Shown here: in pieces, positions 41,811 through 53,178 of the stretch | How the letters are laid out: the number at the start of each line of letters is the position of its first letter | Position numbering within the stretch: the first letter of the stretch is position 1 | NCBI GenBank assembly: GCA_041640595.1 | Contig: JBEPZY010000006.1 | Location: 160,001 to 224,000, forward strand | Source of the DNA: Gemmatales bacterium | GTDB taxonomy: Bacteria > Planctomycetota > Planctomycetia > Gemmatales > HRBIN36 | DNA length: 64,000 nt | Direction of reading: 5' to 3' | The notes under the pieces: model-generated | The model's database searches: none | Seen by the model: only the letters and a program-made list of their open reading frames with translations | Told to the model about the DNA's origin: nothing | Made by a program: the position numbers and the translations under genes

Positions 41811-43964
41811 ATGACCACAACAGCAACAACCACCGCGGAATTTCTGGAAAAACTTCCCGATCCGACAACCGGCGGCAACGTGCCGGGGCGACTTGGTTCA
41901 ATTTGGCGGAATCGGTTTTACCGTATTTTCGGTTCGCCAGAGCAACGCCGGCTGGCACGAGCAGCATTGTTTATTCCGCAAATTCGCCACTGGGAACGGC
42001 AATACTGGCGGCTGAGCAATGAAGAGTTACGGCAGGTGAGTATGAGATTACGCGGTCGGGCACGCGGTGGCGAAAAACTCGACCATCTGTTACCGGAAGC
42101 GTTTGGACTGGTATGCGTTGCCGCGTGGCGAACCCTGGGATTGCGACCGTTCGATGTCCAGCTGGCAGCCGCGGTAGTCTTGCACGATGGTGGCTTGGCA
42201 GAAGTGGTCACCGGTGAAGGCAAGACCCTCATCGCCGCCATGCCCGCATATCTGAACGCCCTGACCGGCAAGGGAGTGCACGTAACCACGGTCAATGATT
42301 ATCTGGCTCGCCGCGATGCTGAGTGGATGGGAGCCATTTACCGTTTGCTCGGATTGACCGTCGGTGCTCTGCAAATGCAGATGTCGGATGAGGAACGCCG
42401 CACCATTTACCGCTGCGATATTACCTACGGCACGGCTTCGGAATTCGGGTTTGATTTTCTTCGCGATCGTTTACGGCTTCGGGATCAGGCACGCACCGGC
42501 GGAACACCGTTCTGGCAAGCCTGGCTTGGCGATGGACAGAGTGCACGGCCGCCTGACCCGCGCGTGCAACGGGAGCATCACTACGCCATCGTGGACGAAG
42601 CCGATAGCATCCTGATTGACGAAGCCCGTACCCCGCTCATCATCAGCACCGGCACCCAACTGGCCAGTCCTGAGGAAACCGCAGTCTTCCAGTGGGCCGA
42701 TCACATCGCCCGGCAGTTGCAATGGGAGGCACATTTTACCTTCGACATTCGCAAACAAAAAATCGAACTGACCGAAGAAGGTCGCCAGTACATTCGCTGG
42801 GCCGGCTTTCCGTCCGGGCCGAAAATTCCCGGCCTGGACAAGCTCTTCGAACACGTCGAGCGTGCTCTGTGGGCCCATCATCGCTATCGTCGCGATCAGC
42901 ACTATCTCGTCGAGGATAACAAAGTCATCATCATTGACGAATATACTGGCCGACGCATGCCCGATCGCCACTGGCGGGAAGGAATGCATCAGGCCGTCGA
43001 AGCCAAGGAAGGACTGCCCATCACCAAGCCTACTGAGCATGCCGCACAAATCACCTATCAGAGCTACTTCCGGCTTTACCAGAAACTAGCGGGAATGACC
43101 GGTACAGCTTACGAAAATCGCCGCGAGCTTCGCAAGGTTTACAAGCTGGTGACGGTGCGGGTTCCGACCAATCGTCCCGTCATTCGTCAGACACTGCCTG
43201 ACCGCGTTTATGCGACCGAACGTGCCAAATTCCGAGCCGTCGTTGAAGAAGTGCAGCGCTTGCGGCAACTGGGACGTCCGGTGCTGATCGGCACCCGCAC
43301 GGTAAAAAAAGCGGAAACCTTAAGCCGACTTCTGGACGAAGCTGGTATCCCTCACCAGGTCCTCCATGCTCGCCAGCACGAACGCGAAGCGGAAATTGTT
43401 GCACAAGCTGGCCGACCTGGAACCGTTACCATTGCCACGAACATGGCCGGACGTGGTACCGATATCCTCCTGGGCGGTAACCCCGAATATCTGGCCTGGC
43501 AGGAATTACGCTCATCGTATCGCTCTCGCCTGGATGTCCCGCCCGAAATCTGGCGACAAAAAGTGCGTGAAATAGCTGAACGAGAAAATATCGCTGAGTT
43601 GCATCAGCAAGTTGTTGCCGCCGGCGGATTACATGTGATCGGCACCGAACGTCACGATGCCGCTCGCATTGACCGCCAGCTGATTGGCCGCGCTGGACGT
43701 CAGGGCGATCCTGGCAGTGCACAATTTTTCCTCTCCCTTGAAGATGAGCTGCTGGAATCGCTGGGCTGGAAACGCCGCAACAAGCTCCTTGCTTTGGCCA
43801 GGCGAAATCCCGACGCCCGGCTGGATCACCTACTACCGCTGTTCCTCAAAGCCCAGCGTCGTACTGAACGTCGCCATTATCTCCAGCGTGTGGACTTGAT
43901 GGTTTATGAGCGTGAACGCCAGGAAATTCTCAAAAATATCGGCGCCGATCCTTACGTGGACTAG
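41811..43964 (+). CDS. Short SecA paralogue (SecA_DEAD type, no wing/C-terminal domains)
   Basis: TGEGKT, VNDYLARRD, VDEADSILIDEARTPLIIS, ATNMAGRGTDI, GRAGRQGDPG; only 717 aa. Confidence 0.92.
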   Translation: MTTTATTTAEFLEKLPDPTTGGNVPGRLGSIWRNRFYRIFGSPEQRRLARAALFIPQIRHWERQYWRLSNEELRQVSMRLRGRARGGEKLDHLLPEAFGLVCVAAWRTLGLRPFDVQLAAAVVLHDGGLAEVVTGEGKTLIAAMPAYLNALTGKGVHVTTVNDYLARRDAEWMGAIYRLLGLTVGALQMQMSDEERRTIYRCDITYGTASEFGFDFLRDRLRLRDQARTGGTPFWQAWLGDGQSARPPDPRVQREHHYAIVDEADSILIDEARTPLIISTGTQLASPEETAVFQWADHIARQLQWEAHFTFDIRKQKIELTEEGRQYIRWAGFPSGPKIPGLDKLFEHVERALWAHHRYRRDQHYLVEDNKVIIIDEYTGRRMPDRHWREGMHQAVEAKEGLPITKPTEHAAQITYQSYFRLYQKLAGMTGTAYENRRELRKVYKLVTVRVPTNRPVIRQTLPDRVYATERAKFRAVVEEVQRLRQLGRPVLIGTRTVKKAETLSRLLDEAGIPHQVLHARQHEREAEIVAQAGRPGTVTIATNMAGRGTDILLGGNPEYLAWQELRSSYRSRLDVPPEIWRQKVREIAERENIAELHQQVVAAGGLHVIGTERHDAARIDRQLIGRAGRQGDPGSAQFFLSLEDELLESLGWKRRNKLLALARRNPDARLDHLLPLFLKAQRRTERRHYLQRVDLMVYERERQEILKNIGADPYVD

Positions 43965-44105
43965 GTTCCGCTTCAGCACCCTGGTTCGTTTGTCATTCGC
44001 GAAACTCATCCCGGCTTTCGTCCGTATTGTTGTCTCCCGTCCGATTTTCCTATAACGTAGCTGGAGCCGTCTGGAAACCGCATTTCCAACCACCAGGAGG
44101 TGGAC

Positions 44106-44783
44106 ATGCGCCACGAATTCGTCCATTCTGGCCCGTTTATGATGTTGAAAGTTCATCTGGACATTGGCGAGTCGCTCAAGGCCGAGGCGGGTGCCATGGT
44201 CGCCATGAGCGATACGCTGGACGTCGAGGGTAAGGCGGAAGGAGGCATCCTGAAAGGTCTGGGACGGTGGCTGGCAGGGGAATCGTTTTTCTTCCAGACA
44301 TTGACGGCTCGGCGTGGGCCAGGAGTCGCCCTGTTAGCCCATGAATTACCAGGCGAGATTTATGCCCTTCAGCTCGACGGTAATACAGGTTACATCCTTC
44401 AAAAGGATGGCTTTTTCGCTGCCAGCCGGGACGTCGAGATCAGCACGAAAGTGCAGAATCTCGTCAAGGGACTGTTTTCGGGAGAAGGTTTCTTCGTGCT
44501 CAAGGCCAGCGGCATGGGGACGCTGTTCGTCAGCTCCTATGGTGCTATTCATCCGATTGATCTCGCGGATGGACAGGAAATCATCATTGATAACGGCCAT
44601 TTAGTTGCCTGGCCCGAGACGCTCGATTACGAAATCCAGAAAGCTTCCAGTGGCTGGATCTCTTCGTTCACCTCCGGCGAAGGACTGGTTTGCCGATTTC
44701 GCGGACCAGGACGGATATTAATCCAGACACGCAATCCTCGCGGCTTCATCGCCTGGCTGATGCAATTTTTACCGAAGAAGTAA
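44106..44783 (+). CDS. TIGR00266/AIM24 family protein
   Basis: AEAGAMVAM, GESFF, SGEGFF, IDNGHLVAW, SGEGLVC; GGAGG RBS. Confidence 0.93.
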   Translation: MRHEFVHSGPFMMLKVHLDIGESLKAEAGAMVAMSDTLDVEGKAEGGILKGLGRWLAGESFFFQTLTARRGPGVALLAHELPGEIYALQLDGNTGYILQKDGFFAASRDVEISTKVQNLVKGLFSGEGFFVLKASGMGTLFVSSYGAIHPIDLADGQEIIIDNGHLVAWPETLDYEIQKASSGWISSFTSGEGLVCRFRGPGRILIQTRNPRGFIAWLMQFLPKK

Positions 44784-45270
44784 GTAAATTCTTCGGACAG
44801 GCGCAATCAACATCCGCACCAGCGTCGTGATTGGATGCTATTGTTCCGGTGCGTAAATGCAGACTCTCCAGCGCTGCGTTTCTGTTGTGCTCAAAATGCA
44901 GCGAGGCGTGGTTTGCTGGCAGCGGATGCTATTCGCGCATCCTGTATTGGCCAGCCCAGTAAACAGTGCTCAACTTCAACGAACCGACCAAAACGGACCA
45001 TTGCGGTTCCATTCTCGCATCTAAGACTTCGCCCCTGCTAACCTTGAAGACGCCGCCGGGGAAACATTGTTGTTTGCGTCTGCTTTCGGTGTGGCAACGC
45101 ACCGTCCCGGCAGCAGATCGCCTGCAATATGGAGCTGACATAACCTGCAAAGCCTGCGGCAAAACCAGCTTTGCTGTCGAGGTCGGGCTATTCACAATCC
45201 ATAGGCCCTGGCGCAGGTCAACAGGTAAAAGCCGAGCGCTGCCCAGGAGGCAGTGTCATGCGACTGACAG

Positions 45271-45343
<73 letters not shown>

Positions 45344-45782
45344 GATGCTGGACTGGACAGGGTCGCTGAGGCTGGCTGACCGTTCGCGCAGTCCGTCGAG
45401 CCTTTGGCATATCACCGTTCGTCAGGCAGGTTCCAGCAGGTCGCATTCAGAATGCTTGCTGTGATCATTCGCCCGGCCGGGTCATTGTTCGCCAAGCAGG
45501 CTTTGGAATGCAGCATTCAGAATGGCCAGAAGTGCCCGGAGGCCCTGTTCCGGCAGCGACAACTAATGCTACGATTTATCAGGCGTGAGGTCAACCGTGT
45601 GGCTCACGGTGCTGGGCAGATTGAGCGTTGACCCGTATAACACAAGAACTGCCTAGAACGAGGCAGGCATACCGGCAACGCGAAATATGTCCAGGTGCCC
45701 AGGAAGTGACTGAGAGTGCAAACGCATAATGGACTCGAATATTGACGGTCTGAAACCAGGTTGAACGGGTGTCGGTATCTGT

Positions 45783-46802
45783 ATGGATTTGCACAGCTTA
45801 ACGCGACAGCTGCTGGCCAAACAGGAATTGAGCGCAGAGCAAGTGTGGGCAGCTCTGCACGCCATGACCGAAGAAACCAGCGACAAAATCGCGGTGGCGG
45901 CGTTGTTGACAGCCTGGCGTGCCAAAGGAGAGACGCCGAATGAACTGTCAGCGGCGTGTCAATGGTTACGGCAACGTATGGTTCCGGTGGCCACGGGTGG
46001 GTTAGAAGTGCTGGACACCTGTGGTACAGGCGGCGATGAACTGGGCACATTCAACGTGAGTACGGCAGCAGCACTGGTAACAGCGGCGTGCGGCGTGCCG
46101 GTGGTCAAGCACGGTAACCGCAGTGTTTCCAGCAGAAGCGGCAGCGCTGATGTCCTGGAGCGGTTGGGTGTGCCGGTAGAGTTGACAGCACCGGACGTGG
46201 CGGCGTGTTTGCGAGATCACGGGTTTGCGTTTTGTTTTGCTCCGCGGTTTCATCCGGTGCTGGCCCAGGTAGCGGAAGTGCGACGCCGGCTCGGTTTTCG
46301 CACCATCTTCAATCTGCTCGGGCCACTTCTGAACCCGGCAAGTGCGAAGCGGCAGTTGCTGGGTGTTGGCCGACCGGAGCTTCTTGATTTGCTGGCACAG
46401 ACGTTAGCACGCCTGGGTGGGGTAGAAGCTCTGGTGGTGCACGGCAGTGACGGGCTGGATGAAATTACGCTCAGCGGACCGACCCATGTTCGCAAGGTAG
46501 TCGGCGGGAACGTCGAAGCAACCGTGTGGTATCCCGAAAGTTTCGGTTTACCGCGCTATCCTGTCGAAGCCTTTCAGGTGAGCGGGCCGGAAGAAAGTGC
46601 CGAACTGATCGTGGCGGTTTTGTCGGGTGCGAAATGCCCGGCTCGAGATCTGGTTCTGGCAAATACAGCAGCGGCGCTTTTACTGGCCGGTCGCGTATCC
46701 CGCCTGACCGACGGCGTGCGCATCGCCGCGGAAACCGTGGATTCCGGAAAGGCCCTCGACCTGCTGCAAGCGTTGCAGCGGTCGCACCCTTCGACGCAAT
46801 AA
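45783..46802 (+). CDS. trpD: Anthranilate phosphoribosyltransferase
   Basis: DTCGTGGD, NVST, KHGNRSVSSRSGSADVLE, GLDE. Confidence 0.97.
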   Translation: MDLHSLTRQLLAKQELSAEQVWAALHAMTEETSDKIAVAALLTAWRAKGETPNELSAACQWLRQRMVPVATGGLEVLDTCGTGGDELGTFNVSTAAALVTAACGVPVVKHGNRSVSSRSGSADVLERLGVPVELTAPDVAACLRDHGFAFCFAPRFHPVLAQVAEVRRRLGFRTIFNLLGPLLNPASAKRQLLGVGRPELLDLLAQTLARLGGVEALVVHGSDGLDEITLSGPTHVRKVVGGNVEATVWYPESFGLPRYPVEAFQVSGPEESAELIVAVLSGAKCPARDLVLANTAAALLLAGRVSRLTDGVRIAAETVDSGKALDLLQALQRSHPSTQ

Positions 46803-47156
46803 CGCCTCGCGGTTGTGGGATTAACCAGCTAACGTTTGCGAAGCGGCCAAAGTGTTGGTCAACCCCGGTGCAGCCCGACACCGGATCGGAACCGACAATT
46901 CCTGTGGCTCACTGCGAGCTATCAGCGCTGGTCGGTGTCCACCTGGCGTGGCGCAACGGATAACTTATAGTACACATGCTATCAATCGCCGCGGCGATAC
47001 TGACTGGCCTCGCCAAATGCAGCGTCGCTGAAAGACGGCGGGGCTGAACTGGCCATGTCATGCAGAATGGCTCGATAGCATCGGTGCTGACTATCGGCCA
47101 AGGCTCCAATTTGCCTGTGCATTCCCCCAGGCGGTGTATCAGGAGAAAAAACGACC

Positions 47157-47741
47157 GTGACAAAAGGCATCCATGTGACGGTCTTTTGCGGTTCGCGATT
47201 CGGTCGCAGACCAGAATACGCAGAGGCAGCTCGGCAACTGGCCCGTGCACTAATCCAGCGGCAAATAACGCTCATTTATGGCGGTGGACACGTCGGATTG
47301 ATGGGCGCGCTCGCTGACGCCATGCTCGCCCTGGGTGGCCAGGTGATCGGTGTAATCCCGGAAAGCATGGTCGAAAGCGAACTGGCGCACACCGGCTTGA
47401 AGGAGTTACACATTGTGCCAAGCATGCATGCACGCAAAGCGTTGATGGCGGAAAAGGCCGATGCTTTTGTGGCCCTGCCCGGCGGTTATGGCACAGCCGA
47501 AGAGTTTTTCGAAATGGTTACCTGGCGGTTACTGCGCCTGCATCGCAAACCGATCGGGTTGCTCAATGTATGTGGCTACTTCGACAACTTGCTTGCCTGG
47601 ATCGAGCACGCTTTTGAAGAGGATTTCATTTCGCCCAAATACCGCGACCTGTTTGTCGTGGAAACCCAGGCCGAGGCCCTGATGGACCGTCTTCTAGCTG
47701 CCATGAAACCGACCAGCAGCGCCAATCAAATCCAGTCGTGA
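47157..47741 (+). CDS. LOG family (TIGR00730) phosphoribohydrolase
   Basis: YGGG-VGLMG, MHARK, PGGYGTAEE. Confidence 0.95.
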   Translation: MTKGIHVTVFCGSRFGRRPEYAEAARQLARALIQRQITLIYGGGHVGLMGALADAMLALGGQVIGVIPESMVESELAHTGLKELHIVPSMHARKALMAEKADAFVALPGGYGTAEEFFEMVTWRLLRLHRKPIGLLNVCGYFDNLLAWIEHAFEEDFISPKYRDLFVVETQAEALMDRLLAAMKPTSSANQIQS

Positions 47742-47774
47742 GCCGCGGAATTTCAGCGTCCGGGGCCAGTTCAA

Positions 47775-50285
47775 TCAATGCCGGAAGAGGAATTCCTTGG
47801 CGTTGAGCAAGGCCCAGTGCACATCTTCCCAGGCTCGACGTTTGTCGGAGCTGTTCTGGACATGCTGGAGAGCAGCCTGGACCTCTGAAGGTTCCGGTCG
47901 GCGGGATAACGTGCTCAGATACAACTCCTCGACAATCTGCTGCGGGGAGAGATTCTTAGCCAGCAGCTGACCGATACGATTGTTCGGTTCGCGGAGCTTC
48001 TGATGGATCGTGGGGCCGTTGATTAATTGCAAAGCCTGGGCGAGGTTGCTTTCGCTTTCGCGCTCGCATTCACAAGCCAGCTCACGGGCGGGCTGACCGA
48101 AGGTTTTGAGGAAAACGTGATTTACCTCGCCATCGGGTAGCTGCACTGCGCGGGTGCCAGACGGTAAACCGGCAAATCTCTCGGGCACGCCTGTCGCCTG
48201 GCTGATAGCGTCAAGTAAGACTTCCGCCGGCAACAGCTTCGGATAACAGTGCGAGAAATACTTGTTATCTTCCTGGTTGCGATCGTTGGTTTGAGCACTG
48301 AGCTGATAGGTACGGGAGTTGAGGATGAGACGAATGATGTGTTTGGCATCGTAGCCGTGAGCGACAAACTCACGAGCCAGAGCATCGAGCAACTCATCGT
48401 TACTGGCAGGGTTGGAGTCGCGGAAATCATCGGGTGGATCGACAATACCGCGGCCAAACAAATGGAACCAGATGCGATTGACCAGGGCTCGCGCGACAAA
48501 TGGATTGTCCGGACTGGCAAGCCAGTTCGCCAGTGCCATCCGGCGATCTCCATTTTCCTGCCGGATGGCTTCCCCACCGAGGAACTTGGGCCGCACTGGC
48601 TGGTTCGTGCGGGGGTGAATCACCTCACCGCTGCGGTCAACGTACACATGCTCCGCAGCAGGAGCAGGTTTGTCCGGGCGACGCTCGTTGAGCGGGTCGT
48701 TCTTGAGTTTGACGCGAGCGAAAAACGCCGCCAGGCCGTAATAATCGTCCTGCGTCCAGCGCTCAAAGGGATGGTTATGGCATTTCGCGCACTGCAATCT
48801 TATGCCCAGGAATAACTGGGCCGTGGTTTCAGCCAGACTGGCCGGGTCGCGTGCGACACGGTAATAGTTCGCCGCCGGATTCGCGTAGGTGCTTCCGGAA
48901 GCGGTGAGTAACTCTTTCAATAACTCGTTCCAGGGTCTGTTGGCAGCAATCTGACTGCGAAGCCAGGCCTGGAATTTATGCACGCCATCAATCTGCATGG
49001 TCTTGCGGTTGGCGCGGAGCACATCTGCCCATTTGAGAGTCCAGAAGTCCGCATACTCCGGCCGTTCGAGAACACGGTCAATGAGCTTCTGCCGCTTATC
49101 CGCAGATTTGTCGTCCAGAAAGGCCCGCACTTCGTCAGCAGTTGGCAGGATGCCGCAAACATCGAGATACACACGACGGATGAATTCAGCATCGGTGCAA
49201 AGCTCCGAAGGCGGAATCTGCAACCGCTTCAGTTTGGCAAATACCAGCCGGTCAATGAAATTGTTTTCCGGCACGTTGGGCCAGGCGAATTGCGGATCCG
49301 GCCGAAGCAAGGCCAGACGGACGGTGACCATGGTTTCCAGGTAGCGCACCAGGATGGCTACCTCGCCCGGAGCGCGGAAGCGTACCAGTCCCTGCCGATC
49401 TACCATCGCTACGGTTTCATCGCTGGAAGTGAACACGCTTAACAAGGTCACATCGCGCCGGCTGCCATCGCTGAAATAACCAAGCACGGTCAGCTGCTGC
49501 GTTTGCCCTGGCCAGATAAGCGTCCGCGACCCGGGCAGAACTTCCAACCGTTCTAATCGGGCAGCACGCTGGCTGTCTTCCAGCTGCATACCCTCAGCGA
49601 TCCATTGCCGAACCACTTCGTACCAGAATGACCCGACCGCAAAACGCTGCCCACCCTCGTGAGGAACGCGGCCAGCACCTTTCAGCAGAATCAGGCTCAG
49701 GTCGGGTTGCAACAAATTGGTGCGCCGACCGTTCATATCGCGGGTCAGCTGGAGGAAGTCCGCATCCGGATCATAGCCGCGCAGGCTGAGTTTGAAGCCA
49801 TTTTTGCCGTTAGGCGTACCGTGGCAGGCTCCCATATTGCAACCGGCCACGTTGAATGCCGCGATGACCTCGTTGCGGAAACTGATGGGTGGTTTCACGC
49901 CGGCGTGTTCGACGCGCAGCGGAACGGCAACCCGCTTGCTGCCAAACTCGACGACAACCGAGCCAGAACCACCGGCCAGTGGTGTAATCACGCCGGACTC
50001 GGTGCTTTGAGCCAAATGCGGCGGTTCGACCCGATAGCGAACCGAATGGGTCAAGTCCCGCAATGCACCATCGGCATATTCGCCGGTTACCACCAGTTGT
50101 TGTCGGTCGCGACCGTGTAGCAAATGTACTTCCGCCGGCTGGACACTGAGCCGTTGCAGCGACTCCGAAGCAGGAAGGTTCGGCTTTTCCTGGGCCTGGA
50201 AATGGTGGGGACTGAGCAGGCTTGCCAGCACGGTGATAAACGGAGTGATGCCCAGTACCAGAAGCAACTGCGTTCGTTTTGGCAT
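47775..50285 (-). CDS. DUF1549/DUF1553 protein with Ig-like (Big_2) domains
   Basis: CNMGACHG, CAKCHNHP, FIRRVYLD, VNRIWFHLFGRGIV, C-terminal KEFLFRH. Confidence 0.92.
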   Translation of the reverse strand: MPKRTQLLLVLGITPFITVLASLLSPHHFQAQEKPNLPASESLQRLSVQPAEVHLLHGRDRQQLVVTGEYADGALRDLTHSVRYRVEPPHLAQSTESGVITPLAGGSGSVVVEFGSKRVAVPLRVEHAGVKPPISFRNEVIAAFNVAGCNMGACHGTPNGKNGFKLSLRGYDPDADFLQLTRDMNGRRTNLLQPDLSLILLKGAGRVPHEGGQRFAVGSFWYEVVRQWIAEGMQLEDSQRAARLERLEVLPGSRTLIWPGQTQQLTVLGYFSDGSRRDVTLLSVFTSSDETVAMVDRQGLVRFRAPGEVAILVRYLETMVTVRLALLRPDPQFAWPNVPENNFIDRLVFAKLKRLQIPPSELCTDAEFIRRVYLDVCGILPTADEVRAFLDDKSADKRQKLIDRVLERPEYADFWTLKWADVLRANRKTMQIDGVHKFQAWLRSQIAANRPWNELLKELLTASGSTYANPAANYYRVARDPASLAETTAQLFLGIRLQCAKCHNHPFERWTQDDYYGLAAFFARVKLKNDPLNERRPDKPAPAAEHVYVDRSGEVIHPRTNQPVRPKFLGGEAIRQENGDRRMALANWLASPDNPFVARALVNRIWFHLFGRGIVDPPDDFRDSNPASNDELLDALAREFVAHGYDAKHIIRLILNSRTYQLSAQTNDRNQEDNKYFSHCYPKLLPAEVLLDAISQATGVPERFAGLPSGTRAVQLPDGEVNHVFLKTFGQPARELACECERESESNLAQALQLINGPTIHQKLREPNNRIGQLLAKNLSPQQIVEELYLSTLSRRPEPSEVQAALQHVQNSSDKRRAWEDVHWALLNAKEFLFRH

Positions 50286-50701
50286 GGGTAGGCCTCCATT
50301 CGGGCGGGAATTTTGGATGGCAGGCGTAATGGGCTGATCTACCGCGAATATCGGGGCAGGTAATTAGCGCGTCAGCTGGCTCAGGTGAGGCGCAATTAAG
50401 CCAGAGCAACCGGGCCAAATTCCGGCAGAGGATTGCGGCTGCGGATCGCCAGGGGCCAGCAAATTCACAATACCGACCCAATCGGGACTGGCCACTTGCG
50501 CCTGAGCGATCGGCCCAATCCTTTTATGCGTCGGCATCTATGGGTCATTATACAAAACTTTCGGCCGCCGGCTGACACCAACTGCCTCCTGGCAGTACAC
50601 ATGCAACTTTTCGATTTGCTCAACCAGTCAAGGTCGTCTTGCCCTCACCGCTATGACTTGCGGTGTGCCTGAGGACGCAACTTTTTAGTTTGCCAGACCA
50701 A

Positions 50702-52960
50702 TCAGGGTCGTGGCTCGGTGGGAAGTGGCGTGGGTGCAGGCAATTCTGGCAACCGATCCGGCACACTCTCGGGACGAACTGATGGAACTTGCTCGCCGCT
50801 GAAGTACGGCGGCCGAGTTCGCCCGGGCGATGAGCCAGCAGGAGGAGCAAACGGTAAACGCTTCTCCTCGGGCGGCTCCGACGGTATAGACAGCGGCTGG
50901 CGCATCGGCCTGGACGTACCCGAAAGTGTTTCCGGCAGGGGCGGCAACGTTCGCTGTTGCTGCAACAATCGTGGTAAGGGCAACACTCCGTCTTCGTCGG
51001 CTGGGATCGGTAAAGGCGACTCGTCGCCGGAATTCGGGCTCGCGGGAGCATGTGGACGGTCGGGTGCCGCTTGCAAGATCAGGCTACGGCTGCGTTCGCG
51101 GATATGTTCGCTGGCACGGGCGCGGGCACAATCCGGCAATGGCCCTTCCACAATGGTCACGTTGTTGTGCCGCAGTAGTGTTCCCTTGTCGCGCTCGAAT
51201 TCGGCCAGGGCAACGTTATACTCAGAAATGGCCACATATTCATCGCGCAGGGCTTCGGCAAATGCACGCTGAGCGTTGAGCAAAGCGGTGAGAACATCGC
51301 GGCCTTCACGAGTTTGTGCCTGTCCTGCTTCGTAAAGGCTCTGGAATGCTTCCAGTTCCTGCCGGGCTGCCTCGCGGCGAGCACGCTGAATGGAAATCTC
51401 CTGCACTAGCTGGATAATCCGCCGGTAGCTGTCCTGCAACTGAAACTTCGTTGCCTCTTCCTGATTCCGCAAAAAGACCGTCCATTTGGCCACCTGGATT
51501 TGAGCCTGACGAAATTCCGAATAGGCTTCGCGGAAGCCTAACGGCATTTGCAGAATCAGGCCGACCTGCCAGTCGTTGAATCGTCCCTCGAAAAGGTTAT
51601 GGATAGCGGAACTGGGATCGTCGCCATCGAGTTTGCGCCCCAGCGCGTTGACGTTGTAAGTAGCAAAGGTGCGCAAATCCGGAAGCAACCGGTCACGAGC
51701 CGCCAGTAATTGCAATTGGGCATGCTGCAACGCCAGTCGGGTTGAGGTCAACTCCGGGCGATTCACCAGGGCTTCGCGGAACGCTTCTTCGAAATTCGGC
51801 TGGTACGGCGCTGTGGTGGGGGCATCCGCAGGCACCAGCCGTGTTCCGTCCTCCGCGGGCAAGCCGATCACATAACGCAACCGCCGCTCCGCTTCCAGCA
51901 CGCCTGGCCTGGCACCACCGCGTCCCAGAGCTTGCAACCGCTGGGCACGGAAAACTTGATATTGCTCCTCGATCTGAGCGACGTTGTAAATCGGCTCCTG
52001 GCCAGCATCGAATCGCGCTTTCGCCCGTTGCCAAGCCCGCAACGCCTGCCGCATGCCCACTTCCGCACTAAAAAGCTCCCAATACGCCGAATACAGATCC
52101 CAGTACGCCCTTTCCACTCCTAATAACAGATCCTGAACGCGGCGTTGAAACTCAAACTGACTGGCGTTGTAAGTCAAGCGTGCCAGCAGAATTCCCTGGG
52201 CACGTCCCCCAACCGGTATGTTAAACAAAAGACTGCCCGGATGCGTGCTTCGTAACTGGTTGATGCCAACCCCCGCTCCCTGCAATAGCGGTTGTTCAAA
52301 CGAGAATTCCAGTACTGGGCGATAGGCCGGGTTCACACGCGCCGGCAGGTTGGAGAACTCATAATCGGTGCGGAAGGTAATGCCCGCCACGCCGCCGGTC
52401 GGCAGCGGTTTGACCAACCGGGTTTGAAACTGGGCAATGTCGCGTTCGATAACGTTTTGAAAACCAGCCTGGAACTGTTCCAGTGCCGTACCTACGGGCC
52501 GGTCCTGCTTTTGCCAGACCATTGCCGTTTGCCATACTGCGTCAAATTTGGCTAACGACGTTTCGATCTCATTCGCAAGCTCCGCAGGGTCATACGCTAG
52601 AACCCGAATCTGATCGCTTAGGAATGCCGGGTCGCTGAAACCGCCCGCTTGAACGCGAATAGGCACAGGAGCAATGCTGCCACCCTGCGACACCCGCCCG
52701 TTTTCCAGGGCCAGGGCAATGCATTCGGCCAGGGTAATGTAACGTTTGGGGGCGTCGGGATTGAGCACGGTACGAACGTCCGCGACCAAGGCCGGTTCAG
52801 CCGGCAGCGTAGTGCTACGTTCGGGCATCAAGTCGTTTTGAGAGGTCAGAAGCGCCGAGTATCGCAAAGCCGGGCCGTTAATCAGGTTGTGTTGCTGGCA
52901 TCCCATAAACACAGCCAGCAACAACACCACCGCAGCTCCTCCGCTGTGGGTCTGCCTCAT
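50702..52960 (-). CDS. TolC-family outer membrane protein (lipoprotein signal, Pro-rich tail)
   Basis: FMGC lipobox, ITLAECIALALEN, QPLLQGAG, VERAYWDL, RPEL. Confidence 0.88.
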   Translation of the reverse strand: MRQTHSGGAAVVLLLAVFMGCQQHNLINGPALRYSALLTSQNDLMPERSTTLPAEPALVADVRTVLNPDAPKRYITLAECIALALENGRVSQGGSIAPVPIRVQAGGFSDPAFLSDQIRVLAYDPAELANEIETSLAKFDAVWQTAMVWQKQDRPVGTALEQFQAGFQNVIERDIAQFQTRLVKPLPTGGVAGITFRTDYEFSNLPARVNPAYRPVLEFSFEQPLLQGAGVGINQLRSTHPGSLLFNIPVGGRAQGILLARLTYNASQFEFQRRVQDLLLGVERAYWDLYSAYWELFSAEVGMRQALRAWQRAKARFDAGQEPIYNVAQIEEQYQVFRAQRLQALGRGGARPGVLEAERRLRYVIGLPAEDGTRLVPADAPTTAPYQPNFEEAFREALVNRPELTSTRLALQHAQLQLLAARDRLLPDLRTFATYNVNALGRKLDGDDPSSAIHNLFEGRFNDWQVGLILQMPLGFREAYSEFRQAQIQVAKWTVFLRNQEEATKFQLQDSYRRIIQLVQEISIQRARREAARQELEAFQSLYEAGQAQTREGRDVLTALLNAQRAFAEALRDEYVAISEYNVALAEFERDKGTLLRHNNVTIVEGPLPDCARARASEHIRERSRSLILQAAPDRPHAPASPNSGDESPLPIPADEDGVLPLPRLLQQQRTLPPLPETLSGTSRPMRQPLSIPSEPPEEKRLPFAPPAGSSPGRTRPPYFSGEQVPSVRPESVPDRLPELPAPTPLPTEPRP

Positions 52961-53178
52961 AATCTCTCCTCGCCGCACGCCCAGCAGCTCCGTCTGTACA
53001 AGCCTCCCCGAATTGCACCCGACCGGACGCCGGAATACCGACATCCAGCTCCGGCGCAATCACCTTGCGGCACCGGGCGAAAATCTAACGCTTGTATCGG
53101 CAATAGCGACGCGGGAGTCCAGAAAAACTTTGCTCAGCAGACAGACCGCACGGATTTTAGCAAATGTGCCGGCATAAT

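Noticed and set aside
45344..45782. Trp attenuator before trpD
   Set aside because: No Trp-rich leader peptide or terminator seen
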